A DNA stretch of 64,000 nt from an uncultured Chloroflexia bacterium (GCA_963726315.1 CAVSBZ010000007.1:450435-514434), one strand, 5' to 3'; numbered from the stretch's first letter, positions 10,099-19,544 are shown. Translations and numbers: made by a program. The notes: generated by a model from the letters alone, not told the origin.

Positions 10099-10974
10099 TC
10101 AATCTTTCACCCGGCGCAGCTTGCGCAGGGAGGGGACTTCGCTATCATAGACGCGCTTGACTCCATCTCCCAATGCCTGCTCGGTGACACGGATATACTT
10201 AACCAGGCGTTCCATCCCACCGGGCTCGACCGAGGCTGCCTGGTCGCTGCCCCACATGGCTCTATCGAGGGTGATGTGCCGTTCAACCAGGCAGGCGCCC
10301 ATGGATACGGCAACGACGGTGGGGATCAAACCGACCTCGTGACCCGAATAGCCTATTGGGCAGGAAAATTCTTCCACGAGAGTGCGGATCATCTTCAGGT
10401 TCAACTCCTCAGGGTCACACGGGTAGGTGCTGGTAGCGTGGGTGATGAGCAGGTTATCCTCACCCAATATTTTTACTGCCGCCTTGATCTGGCGCATGGT
10501 GGACATGCCGGTTGAAAGGATGACCGGCTTGCCTGTGTTACGGGCATGCAACAAGAGGTTTTTATCGGTCAGAGAGGCGGAGGGAATTTTATAGCAGATG
10601 GGGTTGAACTGCTGCAGAAAATCAACCGAGGGTTCGTCCCAAACCGACGCAAACCAGGGAATATTCTTCTGCTGGCAGTAACGGTCAATTTCGCGGTATT
10701 CATTCAAGTCAAACTCAACCTTGTAACGATAATCCAGGTACGAGATATACCCCCAGGGCGTCTCGCGCATATGCTTCTGCTGGTCAGGCGGGACGCACAG
10801 CTCAGGGGTACGTTTTTGAAGCTTTACAGCATCGATGCCTGTTTTTGCAGCTACATCGATCAGCGATTTTGCAATATCAACACTGCCATTATGGTTAATG
10901 CCAATCTCAGCGACGATAAAAGTCGGGTAGCCCTCACCCACATTTCGATTACCGATCATAATTTCACGTGGCAT
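10099..10974 (-). CDS. NeuB-family ulosonic acid (9-phosphate?) synthase, TIM-barrel only, no SAF domain
   Basis: FIVAEIGINHNGSVDIAKSLIDVAAKTGIDAVKLQKR, IGYSGHE, ERHITLD are NeuB signatures. The 291-aa protein ends just before where the SAF/AFP-like domain would start. Confidence 0.8.
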   Translation of the reverse strand: MPREIMIGNRNVGEGYPTFIVAEIGINHNGSVDIAKSLIDVAAKTGIDAVKLQKRTPELCVPPDQQKHMRETPWGYISYLDYRYKVEFDLNEYREIDRYCQQKNIPWFASVWDEPSVDFLQQFNPICYKIPSASLTDKNLLLHARNTGKPVILSTGMSTMRQIKAAVKILGEDNLLITHATSTYPCDPEELNLKMIRTLVEEFSCPIGYSGHEVGLIPTVVAVSMGACLVERHITLDRAMWGSDQAASVEPGGMERLVKYIRVTEQALGDGVKRVYDSEVPSLRKLRRVKD

Positions 10975-11042
10975 AGTATTTCACCTTTCTGATCTATTTA
11001 TTTCCGGGAATAATGATTACTACGAACGAAAAAGAATGAAAT

Positions 11043-12254
11043 CTACCCCTGGTTGTTGAGAATACGGTCGCACAATTCCCTCACCGCACCACGGCCACCA
11101 GGGCGAGATAACACCACATCCGCCTGTGGGATCACATCTGGGTGGGCATCCGCGACGACGACTGCACAACCGACCAGCGGAAAGCACGATAAATCATTCA
11201 CGTCATTACCAAGGTAAACCACGTGGGCTGGGTCAAGCTGGCGTTCGAGAATCAGCCGCTTTAATGTGGTTGACTTATCGGACAAACCCTGGATAACGGG
11301 CAGGTTTAATTTTTGGCAGCGGGCAGCGACCACCGGGTTCGTCTCGGTGGAAAGGACAACCATGGGGATCCCTGCTTTATGAAGCATTCCAATCCCTAAT
11401 CCATCCCGGCGGTTGGCAGCAACCATTTCGTGCCCATCCTGGTCCACCCACACACGGTCATCGGTCATCACGCCATCAAAATCCAAAACCAGCAGATCGA
11501 CCTTCGGCGGCAAGGGTCGTTTACTGCTGCCTGGATGGACCATTGGCAGGTCACCCTGGGAGATGATCCATTCTGCAAGCTGCCAGTCGCGCAACGTGTC
11601 AATATCGATGGCATAACGAGGATCCATGTGCAGCGGCAGGATGACATCTCCACTCAACGAATTCTTTTTGAGGATGGTGGACACCCGTATAGCATCAATG
11701 TGACCGGTCTGCCAGTAGGTTTGGGGAAGCGCCTGGCGTGGGGCGTTATAGGGTTCATCCACACCAGGGAAGGCAAGTAAGGGAGACATGTGACCCTGGT
11801 CATCCATGCGCCACATTTTATAGGGGTTTTGACCAGATGGGATCACACCACGCATCGAATCAGCTTCGGGATGCTCGAGTAGGATCTGCAGCGCCTGGTC
11901 GACACAGTCGGGTGGGCGAAGCGGCGAGGTGGGTCGGAGCTGCACCACCACGTCTGGCTGATAGCCTTCTTTTTCTTTGAGCCAATGCAGGGCATGGGTG
12001 AAGACGGGCAGGTCGGTGGTGTCGTCGCGGGAAAACTCCTCCGGACGCAGGAAGGGGGCTTCAGCACCGAAGCTTTGTCCAGTACAGGCAATCTCATCAT
12101 CATCGGTCGATACGATGGTGCGAGTCACCTGCCTGGATTGCTGCGCCGCAGCAATCGAGTATGCCAGGAGCGGGTAGCCGGCGAGAGGCTTGATATTTTT
12201 GCGGGGAATGCTTTTGGAGCCTCCCCGAGCAGGGATTAGAGCAAGGATTTCCAT
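11043..12254 (-). CDS. Bifunctional CMP-ulosonic acid synthetase (N-term) / KdsC-type HAD phosphatase (C-term)
   Basis: N-term ILALIPARGGSKSIPRKNIKPLAGYPLLAYSI (NeuA-like). C-term LVLDFDGVMTDDRVWVD...VLSTE...YLGNDVNDL with intact HAD motifs I-IV of the KdsC/KDN-9-P phosphatase type. Confidence 0.8.
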   Translation of the reverse strand: MEILALIPARGGSKSIPRKNIKPLAGYPLLAYSIAAAQQSRQVTRTIVSTDDDEIACTGQSFGAEAPFLRPEEFSRDDTTDLPVFTHALHWLKEKEGYQPDVVVQLRPTSPLRPPDCVDQALQILLEHPEADSMRGVIPSGQNPYKMWRMDDQGHMSPLLAFPGVDEPYNAPRQALPQTYWQTGHIDAIRVSTILKKNSLSGDVILPLHMDPRYAIDIDTLRDWQLAEWIISQGDLPMVHPGSSKRPLPPKVDLLVLDFDGVMTDDRVWVDQDGHEMVAANRRDGLGIGMLHKAGIPMVVLSTETNPVVAARCQKLNLPVIQGLSDKSTTLKRLILERQLDPAHVVYLGNDVNDLSCFPLVGCAVVVADAHPDVIPQADVVLSRPGGRGAVRELCDRILNNQG

Positions 12255-12275
12255 GTGGGTCTATCCAATCGTTGA

Positions 12276-13130
12276 CTACCAGGCAGTCCAGCCACCATCG
12301 ACCACCAGGTTGGAACCGGTCATATAAGATGAGGCATCCGATGCCAGGAAAAGAATGGCGCCGTTCATCTCGTCTTTGTTCGCCATACGGCCCATAATGG
12401 TGCGGGCGGAGTAGGCTGTGAGGAATTCCTCATCGTGGTTATTGTAGATACCACCCGGAGTGAGGGCGTTGACGCGGATCTCGCTACCGGCATAGTAGGC
12501 GGAGAGATAGCGGGTGAGTCCCAACACACCGGCTTTGGTGACCGAATAATACACCGGCTTATAAGACGTTTGCAGACCACCACGCTGGTAGATGCGCTGA
12601 TCGGGAGCGACCAAACCATAAGTGGAGCATATATTGATAATGGAGCCTTTCTTTCCCTGGGCGAGCATCGGCTTGACGGCTGCCTGGCAGCACAGGAACA
12701 TACCGGTCAGGTTTACATCCAGGGCAGCTTTCCAGGCATCTAGCGGGTAGTCTTCGAAGGAACCGGAGAGTGCGCCGCGTTTTGCATTCGCCACCAGTGC
12801 ATCCGGGTCGAACTTGGGGTCTAGGGCAGCAGAGTTGACCAGGATATCCAACCGACCGAACGTCGCTAGGGTTTCAGCGACCAGGTTACGGACCGACTCA
12901 GGCTGCGTGACGTCGGTAGTGATCCCCAGGCAGTGGTAACCATCCTGGATCAATGAGGTGGCGAGGACATTGATGCCATCCGCATTAAGATCGGCAACGA
13001 CTACCGCAGCACCGGCTTCTGCGAGAGTACGGCAGAATTCCTTTCCCAGCAAGCCTGGTCCACCAGTGACGACGGCGACCCTACCTGAAAGGTCGAATTT
13101 TTGCAATACAGCATTCATTTGTATTCCCAT
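12276..13130 (-). CDS. SDR-family oxidoreductase
   Basis: VAVVTGGPGLLGKEF, NSAA, YSVTKAG catalytic pattern, 284 aa. Confidence 0.8.
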   Translation of the reverse strand: MGIQMNAVLQKFDLSGRVAVVTGGPGLLGKEFCRTLAEAGAAVVVADLNADGINVLATSLIQDGYHCLGITTDVTQPESVRNLVAETLATFGRLDILVNSAALDPKFDPDALVANAKRGALSGSFEDYPLDAWKAALDVNLTGMFLCCQAAVKPMLAQGKKGSIINICSTYGLVAPDQRIYQRGGLQTSYKPVYYSVTKAGVLGLTRYLSAYYAGSEIRVNALTPGGIYNNHDEEFLTAYSARTIMGRMANKDEMNGAILFLASDASSYMTGSNLVVDGGWTAW

Positions 13131-13212
13131 TCTCCTTGATATAGCTTTAGTTTTGATAATAGGGCGTACGGCTTCAAGTTAACCGCTTAATTATCATCCC
13201 TATATGGATCAA

Positions 13213-14862
13213 TCAAGGAAGCTGTTCGGGTGAATAAAAGTAGATTTCTCCATCTGGGGTTTGGGCATAAAGAGACAAATTTCTGGTTAAATTTTTCAAC
13301 CGTATGGCGGATTTATCTCCATATAATTCCTGGAATTGCTGGTAGCGAGTATTAAACAATACCAAGGCAGCTCCATTTTCGCGAAATATAATCTGGGCAG
13401 GATCTGCAAGGTCATCACCATAACGGTTGGTTAAGGTTTGGATGGTTTGGTCAACTAATTCTGATAGATCATAGGCAGGACGACCGGTATAGAATAATAA
13501 GAAAGCTGACTCGTTCGAAATGATCGGAGTTTCCGCAGGAAGTATCTCGACTAAATTCAATATTTTTGTATTTCGCCAGGCTTTAGCGGTGTAGCCGGCT
13601 CCTTCCCGGTGATAAAGAGAGACCAGATCGGCAGTATCATGCAGGTAGGAGATAAATATCCCGACGGCGAAACCAAGGGGGATGATAAATAACCACCTGG
13701 CTGATGGCCATGGTCGAATAAAGAAAAGGACTAATGAGAAGATACCCAATAAGATTGCAATGTGGACAGGTAGGAACGTACGGCTGATCAGATCGGGTGC
13801 CGGAGAGGTAAAAATGTAGCTAAACCCAAGGATGAATAGGTAGGCAGCAGCCAAGACCAACAACAAAATAGCTAAAACCAATCCATTCGGGGGGTCAAGA
13901 AGTTTCTGGTTGGTTTTTCGCATTCGCCAGACCACAACGGAAAAAAGGACCAGAAAAATAAGGAGGAAAATGACGATTAAATTCTGGGCGAGGTTGTATG
14001 AGTAGCGGGGCAGGATTGAGGTAAAAGGAAGCCAGGACCAGAATATTTCCATCGCGGCCAGCTTAAATTCAGTAAATCGCTCAGTAAAGTTTATCTGGAC
14101 CGGGTAACTCCTCACACCAAGTGACTGAACCCTTAACCAAACCAACCAGAGTATGGTCGGCACACAGCCCAGCACTCCATAAATCAATGCATCACTTGCC
14201 CGATTTTTCCAGGGCTTATGCTCAAAAATCACCAGGATGAACACGCCGGTGAATATGAATGCAAGCCCGGAATAGCGGGTAAGCGTCGCCAGCCCAACGG
14301 CTGCACCAGCAATTAGCAGCTGATAAGTACGATTGGATTTTAAGAAAAGTAAGAGCAAGCATAAACTTGATAATCCAGTGAACAGGAACAGCGGTTCAGA
14401 CATGGCCCCACTGAAGACATCCACCACAACCGGCATACTAAAAAGCATCAGGCTGCTGACAATGGAAAGCCATGCGGATTGGGTGTAGGCATAGATCGTA
14501 ATTCCCAATACCAGGATGGTCGATCCGAACAGGATGATATCCATCCAACGGGCTGCGGTAACCAGGTCCGCACCGAATAATCCGAAGAAACCTAGAACGA
14601 GGGAGTAAAAGGGGGGATGTAAGGACAGGGGATGGAATGCGCCTGATGCACCGTAAAGACCCAGGCCATGTCCCTGGATCAGATTGCGAGCGGAGACAAT
14701 ATATTCGGTGGAATCGCTGTAAACCCACGGACCCCAGACAGTGCTGTAGAATATCATGACCGATCCCATCAGGGCAATGATGGCGACCAGCACTACGGTC
14801 AGGTTTTGCTTACTCAAACCTTTCATGCGAATTTTTTTATTTGGATTGCTGTGAGAATGCAA
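13213..14862 (-). CDS. Large polytopic membrane protein, GT-C-like (ArnT/PMT-like) candidate
   Basis: 549 aa. The first loop carries YSDSTEYIVSARNLIQGHGLG (acidic loop motif as in GT-C enzymes). More than 10 hydrophobic segments and a soluble C-terminal domain. Markedly AT-richer than its neighbours. Start ambiguous. Confidence 0.5.
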   Translation of the reverse strand: MHSHSNPNKKIRMKGLSKQNLTVVLVAIIALMGSVMIFYSTVWGPWVYSDSTEYIVSARNLIQGHGLGLYGASGAFHPLSLHPPFYSLVLGFFGLFGADLVTAARWMDIILFGSTILVLGITIYAYTQSAWLSIVSSLMLFSMPVVVDVFSGAMSEPLFLFTGLSSLCLLLLFLKSNRTYQLLIAGAAVGLATLTRYSGLAFIFTGVFILVIFEHKPWKNRASDALIYGVLGCVPTILWLVWLRVQSLGVRSYPVQINFTERFTEFKLAAMEIFWSWLPFTSILPRYSYNLAQNLIVIFLLIFLVLFSVVVWRMRKTNQKLLDPPNGLVLAILLLVLAAAYLFILGFSYIFTSPAPDLISRTFLPVHIAILLGIFSLVLFFIRPWPSARWLFIIPLGFAVGIFISYLHDTADLVSLYHREGAGYTAKAWRNTKILNLVEILPAETPIISNESAFLLFYTGRPAYDLSELVDQTIQTLTNRYGDDLADPAQIIFRENGAALVLFNTRYQQFQELYGDKSAIRLKNLTRNLSLYAQTPDGEIYFYSPEQLP

Positions 14863-15820
14863 GGGCAGTCAATGATAGACGTAATACCTGAACGCCATCC
14901 TGAAGGCTGCAAAGCGGTTCAATATCCCCATTCAACAGGTTACGGAAGTGGCGCAGCTCATCCAGGAACATCCAATTGCGCTCGAACCCTTCTGGTGGGT
15001 AGATTTCTTGTAATGTAACTTCCTTATCACCCTCGCCAGGTTTGGTCAGGCGGACGATGCCATCAGCATTGTCCCAGCGCAAGCTGCCGTGTGTGCCGAT
15101 AATTTCCAGCCAATGGGAGGCAGGGCGCTGGAGGTAATCGAGGTGAACGCTGCCAACTGCTCCGCTGGCAAAAAGCAATGCAATCTCAGCAGTATCTTCC
15201 ACCGGCAGATTCAGACCTGCACGGCTGGTGTAGGCTGACAGTGATTCAACCTCGCCAAGGAGCCAGCGCAGGTAATCTAATGGATGGGATAAAGTGAGTA
15301 CCACGCCCCCGCCCAGCTCGCGTCGGGCAGCATATCCCTGTTTGTAATTTTCCCAGGGATGCCAGTCGGGGAGATATTCACCCCAATGGGCGTGAGCGGA
15401 AACAGGTTTTCCAATCGCTCCACCATCCAGCAACTTTTTTACCTGCTGTAAACCAGGGTGAAAGCGGAACTGGAACCCGACCAATACCTGGCAGTGGTTC
15501 TGTTGGACGGTGTCTTGCAGCTCATCTAGCTTTGCCAGGGAATGGGAAACGGGTTTTTCGATCATTAGATGGCAGCCGCATTGTGCGGCGGGAACGGCGA
15601 CATCCATGTGCAGGGCAGTGGGATTGGATATAATCACTGCATCGGGTTGATAAGCCAGTGCAGCACGCAGGTCACTCTCGACCGGAAAATCTTTTAGCTC
15701 ATCATCGGGGAGGGTGGATTGGTGAGTATGGTAGACCAGGAGATCCCGCTCTCCCAGAGTGAGCAGGTTGCGAAAGTGTCGCCGACCTATGGATCCAAAC
15801 CCTGCGATCAGGTATTTCAT
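14837..15820 (-). CDS. Gfo/Idh/MocA-family NAD(P) oxidoreductase
   Basis: MKYLIAGFGSIGRRH Rossmann N-terminus, EKP motif (MIEKPVS), 327 aa. Confidence 0.85.
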   Translation of the reverse strand: MKYLIAGFGSIGRRHFRNLLTLGERDLLVYHTHQSTLPDDELKDFPVESDLRAALAYQPDAVIISNPTALHMDVAVPAAQCGCHLMIEKPVSHSLAKLDELQDTVQQNHCQVLVGFQFRFHPGLQQVKKLLDGGAIGKPVSAHAHWGEYLPDWHPWENYKQGYAARRELGGGVVLTLSHPLDYLRWLLGEVESLSAYTSRAGLNLPVEDTAEIALLFASGAVGSVHLDYLQRPASHWLEIIGTHGSLRWDNADGIVRLTKPGEGDKEVTLQEIYPPEGFERNWMFLDELRHFRNLLNGDIEPLCSLQDGVQVLRLSLTALAFSQQSK

Positions 15821-16800
15821 GAATTGATCAGGATGTGCAAACGGTTGTATAGCCCGAGTGCCAGGCGTTTGATAAGAGGATTACGCATGATCCGATTGGT
15901 GGAGCGGTGCGAAGATGCCGACACAGCACCAGCCTCGGCTGAAAGACCCAGGCGTTTCGCTTCGGTAGCATTCTCAGGGCTGATCACATTTCCAAGCAGG
16001 CGGGTGACCGGAGTATATGTGCTCAGGCGGAGATAGCCGCGTTGATCGACCGAGTTTTCGAGCTCGATCATTTTCCCCATCAGGTTCTTATCCCAGGGAG
16101 GCAAAACTTCAAGCATGAGCTGGCGAGTGGTGACGAACTGGTGGTGCCCGGCGGAGGCCAATGTGCTCACCCCATGGTAGCATAGCCCGATATCCTCAAG
16201 ACCATTGACTTCGGTCTGGTAGCTTTCCCAGCTGCGGCCCATGTTATCGATATAATGCTGTTCGAGCTCGCGTGGGATGAGAAAGCCGCGCGACACCTGG
16301 ACGTCTGGTTGCCCCGCAAATGCTTCAATAGTCTGTGTGGCATACCGCAGGTGGGAGCGGATGTAAAAACCGGTCACCAAACCCACATGCGGGTAAGTCT
16401 CCATGATCTTCAGGTGAGCATCCAGCCAACCCGGCAGGAAGAGCACATCATCATCCGAATAAGCCACGATCTCACCTGGGGCGGCACGAAAAATAACCTG
16501 TAAGGCGCTGATCTTGCCTATGTTGGAGCTGGAGAGGATCAGGTAGTTGATCTGCCCCTGGTCGCGCAGCTGGCACAGGTAGCTCACCAGCTCGGGGCAG
16601 CTGCCGTTATCGAAAACGATCAAATCGTGTGGCTCGGGGGTATCGGCGATCAAGCTCTCCAAGCTCAGCCGCGTGACTGCCAGGCGCTCGGCAAAGTAGC
16701 CCGCCTGGTTGGGCAGGTAGGTTAGCATCGCCAGGGTGATGCGTGAAGGGCTGTATTCGGTGAGCTGACCGCGGTTAGGGTTTATTCCTATTCTGGGCAT
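15817..16800 (-). CDS. GT-A fold glycosyltransferase (GT2-like)
   Basis: LIVFDNGSCPELVSYL and AYSDDDVLFLPGWL (DxD) motifs; 4-nt overlap with the downstream gene. Confidence 0.6.
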   Translation of the reverse strand: MPRIGINPNRGQLTEYSPSRITLAMLTYLPNQAGYFAERLAVTRLSLESLIADTPEPHDLIVFDNGSCPELVSYLCQLRDQGQINYLILSSSNIGKISALQVIFRAAPGEIVAYSDDDVLFLPGWLDAHLKIMETYPHVGLVTGFYIRSHLRYATQTIEAFAGQPDVQVSRGFLIPRELEQHYIDNMGRSWESYQTEVNGLEDIGLCYHGVSTLASAGHHQFVTTRQLMLEVLPPWDKNLMGKMIELENSVDQRGYLRLSTYTPVTRLLGNVISPENATEAKRLGLSAEAGAVSASSHRSTNRIMRNPLIKRLALGLYNRLHILINS

Positions 16801-16812
16801 TTGTTTTTCACA

Positions 16813-17691
16813 TTATGAGGTGACAATGGGTAACCAGGCGCGTTGAGGAGCAAGGCGCTCAACAATACGGCGGCGGAAGAACCCGAACTGGCGGTGGAAG
16901 TGCACCTGCCGATCGGGTTTGAATACATACTGAGTGCTGCTATCAGCTTGCGCCAGGAGGGTGAGATAGAGCGGGATGAGCTCCGAACGAGGCTGCCCGT
17001 GGGCTCGTAGCTGGGTAACCCGGTAGCCAGCTTTCTGCACTACCTGGGTGAGTGTGTGTGTGCTGAAGGAGGTGAGGTGAGCCACTTCGAAGCAATCATG
17101 AGCGTACAGGTTGGGCACTTCCAGGAGCAGCCAGCTATCAGGTTCAAGTAAGCTGGTACGCAGGTTTTGAAGATACCCGACCGGATCTGGCAGATGCTCC
17201 AACACATGCATCATGCTCACAAGGTTGAAAGGCGGATGACCTGCGTTTTGAAGCTCATCCAGTGAGGCATAGACCTCCAGCCCCAGGGAGCGGGCATATT
17301 GGCGGTAAACTGTTCCCGGTTCAACCCCAACAGCCTCAGCCTGATAGCGGGCTTGAAATTGCTGCAATAAGATACCGGTCGAGCAGCCAACATCCAGGAT
17401 GCGGGCAGCCGAGCTAACCCACGGAGTGATAAATTCCAGCGATACTTTGGCACGGTCAGACTGCACTGACAGGTCTTTCGGGTTGGGACCTTCCTGCCCC
17501 TGGTACAGCAGGCGGTATTCGGCCTCGTAAAATGCCTGGCTTTCTGCTTCGGTCATGCGCGGCGTTTGGTAGACCAGCCCACAGCTGCGGCAAATGTTGT
17601 TGATCACCGGTTGACCGCGGAATTCGCGCCGGTCAAACAGTGCACTCGCGTTTGCCCCACAAAGAGGGCAGGGGACAACGATCTCAGTCAT
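16813..17691 (-). CDS. Class I SAM-dependent methyltransferase with N-terminal CxxC..CxxC zinc ribbon
   Basis: MTEIVVPCPLCGANAS...CRSCGLVYQTP then ILDVGCSTGILL SAM motif. The track ORF extends to 17889, but that extension is low-complexity and overlaps the upstream gene, so the start is set at ATG 17691. Confidence 0.8.
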   Translation of the reverse strand: MTEIVVPCPLCGANASALFDRREFRGQPVINNICRSCGLVYQTPRMTEAESQAFYEAEYRLLYQGQEGPNPKDLSVQSDRAKVSLEFITPWVSSAARILDVGCSTGILLQQFQARYQAEAVGVEPGTVYRQYARSLGLEVYASLDELQNAGHPPFNLVSMMHVLEHLPDPVGYLQNLRTSLLEPDSWLLLEVPNLYAHDCFEVAHLTSFSTHTLTQVVQKAGYRVTQLRAHGQPRSELIPLYLTLLAQADSSTQYVFKPDRQVHFHRQFGFFRRRIVERLAPQRAWLPIVTS

Positions 17692-18637
17692 CAGCCGCTC
17701 GAAGTTGACCAAGCTTATAGGCAGCCCGCCCGCGGAATTCCTTCCAGGCTTTAACGGGGTGGAAAACCGAGAAGAACAGGTGGGCAAATGCCATCGAGTG
17801 GAACTTGACCAGGGGGAAAATCTCTGTCTCACGCAGCAGCTTTTGGGAACGCAGAGGGATTTTTTGGAGCCTGTCATTCCCCAGGGCATAATCAGCGTCC
17901 TGCAGCGTGAATACGGTGCGACGACCGCCGGCTAAACGCAGGTTCTCGGACGATTCGGGGAGCCGGTAATGAGGCTGACCATTGGGGAGGTGTGAGTAGT
18001 CGTGATCCTGGTGGATGACCGGGATAGATGCACTCGCGTCGATGACTGGCATATGCTGTATGCGGGCGTGGTAGATCATCCAGTTGTCCCATCCGGCACG
18101 ACCAATGGCGAAGCCTGGCAGGTCGGTGAAACATGAACGCGGGAAAATAAAATAATCACTGCCGGCAGGGGGGTGCAGGCGTCCACGTGATTTTAAATCC
18201 TCAAGGAGGCGTAAATCCCAACCGGATGTAAATTCGAGCGGCTCCTTGATTTCCAAGTCATAACGCTGACCGACGATGAGGAACAGTTTTTCCTGACAGT
18301 AAACCTGGCTGGCAGCTGTAACGAATTGGGGAGTGAGCAGGATATCGGCATTGACATATGCCAGCAAGGGGGAGGTGCTAATCTGCCGTGCCGCAGCGAA
18401 AATTGAGCTAACCAGTGGTGTACCGGATTGATTTCTGGCGACCTCCGGCAGGTATTGAATGTCTGTTTCGGCAGAAAACTCTGCCACGCCAGGCTCATCC
18501 CCGATCATTACCACATTCACCTCGTCTCCCAGGTTCTGCCAGGAAAAGATGGCGTTGCGCTGGATCAGGTTAATATGCGGGTGGGTGAAGGGCTTGGGAG
18601 CGGTAAAAATGGTGATGAAAGGATCGGGAGAAGCCAT
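17684..18637 (-). CDS. Uncharacterised GT-A-like protein (putative glycosyltransferase)
   Basis: MASPDPFITIFTAPKPFTHPHINLIQRNAIFSWQNL...LLAYVNADILL. No family is confidently recognised. Start chosen 4 nt after the upstream stop; the track extension to 18874 is rejected. Confidence 0.4.
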   Translation of the reverse strand: MASPDPFITIFTAPKPFTHPHINLIQRNAIFSWQNLGDEVNVVMIGDEPGVAEFSAETDIQYLPEVARNQSGTPLVSSIFAAARQISTSPLLAYVNADILLTPQFVTAASQVYCQEKLFLIVGQRYDLEIKEPLEFTSGWDLRLLEDLKSRGRLHPPAGSDYFIFPRSCFTDLPGFAIGRAGWDNWMIYHARIQHMPVIDASASIPVIHQDHDYSHLPNGQPHYRLPESSENLRLAGGRRTVFTLQDADYALGNDRLQKIPLRSQKLLRETEIFPLVKFHSMAFAHLFFSVFHPVKAWKEFRGRAAYKLGQLRAADD

Positions 18638-18641
18638 TGAA

Positions 18642-19532
18642 TTAGACGCCTGAATTGCGCTGGTCGACATCAAAAGCAGATTTATGCGGAACGGCTGCAT
18701 TGATGAAGCCCAGCTCGGGTTCCATCTGCAAGAGAGAAAGAACCTCCTGCCAGCTGAAAAGCTCGAATGAATCAAAGTGAGAATAGACCTGGCGCACGAA
18801 TTCGAGATCTGCCGGGGTATCCACCGTCCAGCGCAGGGAACCAAGGTCAGGAATGTGGTTGAGCAAGGCAACATGGAAGCCGAGAGGAGTGGTAGCTTGC
18901 TCCCTATACCACACCGCTTCGGGTGGCACGTCAGGCTGGGGGAACGAGATGCCCTGATAGATGTAAGGCATCACATGCTCACGCTGGAAACCCTGGTCAG
19001 CTTCCTTCCAGGCGCGTTCCAGGGCTTCGAAGGAACATACTTCAACATCCAGACCGATTGGGAGCGTCCGGCGCCAGGGTGGGGGTAATCGATTGGCAGA
19101 AAAATCATTTGGATATGTAGTCAGAGATGGAGTATCAGCTTTCTGGTAAGAAATTGCTGATGCCTGCTTTATAGATTTGCCAAGAAACGTATCAACCGTC
19201 AGATCCAACACATCTGGATCGAGGAGCGGGCAATCGGCTGTCAAGCGGATGATTGCATCGGCGTTGTACTGCACTGAGGCGCGATAGAAGCGGTCCAGCA
19301 CATCGTGGAGGCTACCTCGCCAGCAAGGGATACCCTTGATGAGGCAGTATTGCTCCAAGACGTCATCCGAGGGATCGGTGGTGGTGGCAATCACGATGCC
19401 ATCAACCGACCTGGCTTTCATCGCCCGCGCAACAACGTGCTCGAGCATTGGACGCCCGCCGATATCCATCAAGACCTTCCCCGGCAGGCGGGAAGAAGAC
19501 ATACGAGCCTGGATAATAGCTAGTTTATTCAT
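18642..19532 (-). CDS. SpsF-type cytidylyltransferase (CMP-ulosonic acid synthetase family)
   Basis: MNKLAIIQARMSSSRLPGKVLMDIGGRPMLEHVVARA is the characteristic SpsF/CTP_transf_3 N-terminus; 296 aa. Confidence 0.7.
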   Translation of the reverse strand: MNKLAIIQARMSSSRLPGKVLMDIGGRPMLEHVVARAMKARSVDGIVIATTTDPSDDVLEQYCLIKGIPCWRGSLHDVLDRFYRASVQYNADAIIRLTADCPLLDPDVLDLTVDTFLGKSIKQASAISYQKADTPSLTTYPNDFSANRLPPPWRRTLPIGLDVEVCSFEALERAWKEADQGFQREHVMPYIYQGISFPQPDVPPEAVWYREQATTPLGFHVALLNHIPDLGSLRWTVDTPADLEFVRQVYSHFDSFELFSWQEVLSLLQMEPELGFINAAVPHKSAFDVDQRNSGV

Positions 19533-19544
19533 CGGTTTATTTGT

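Noticed and set aside
17692-18874. Long N-terminal extensions of the track ORFs 16813..17889 and 17684..18874, which would create 200-nt gene overlaps or suggest fusions or frameshifts
   Set aside because: The extensions are low-complexity (Ser/Arg/Cys/Trp-rich). Internal ATGs at 17691 and 18637 give natural N-termini (MTEIVVPCPLCG, MASPDPFITIF) that abut the upstream stops.
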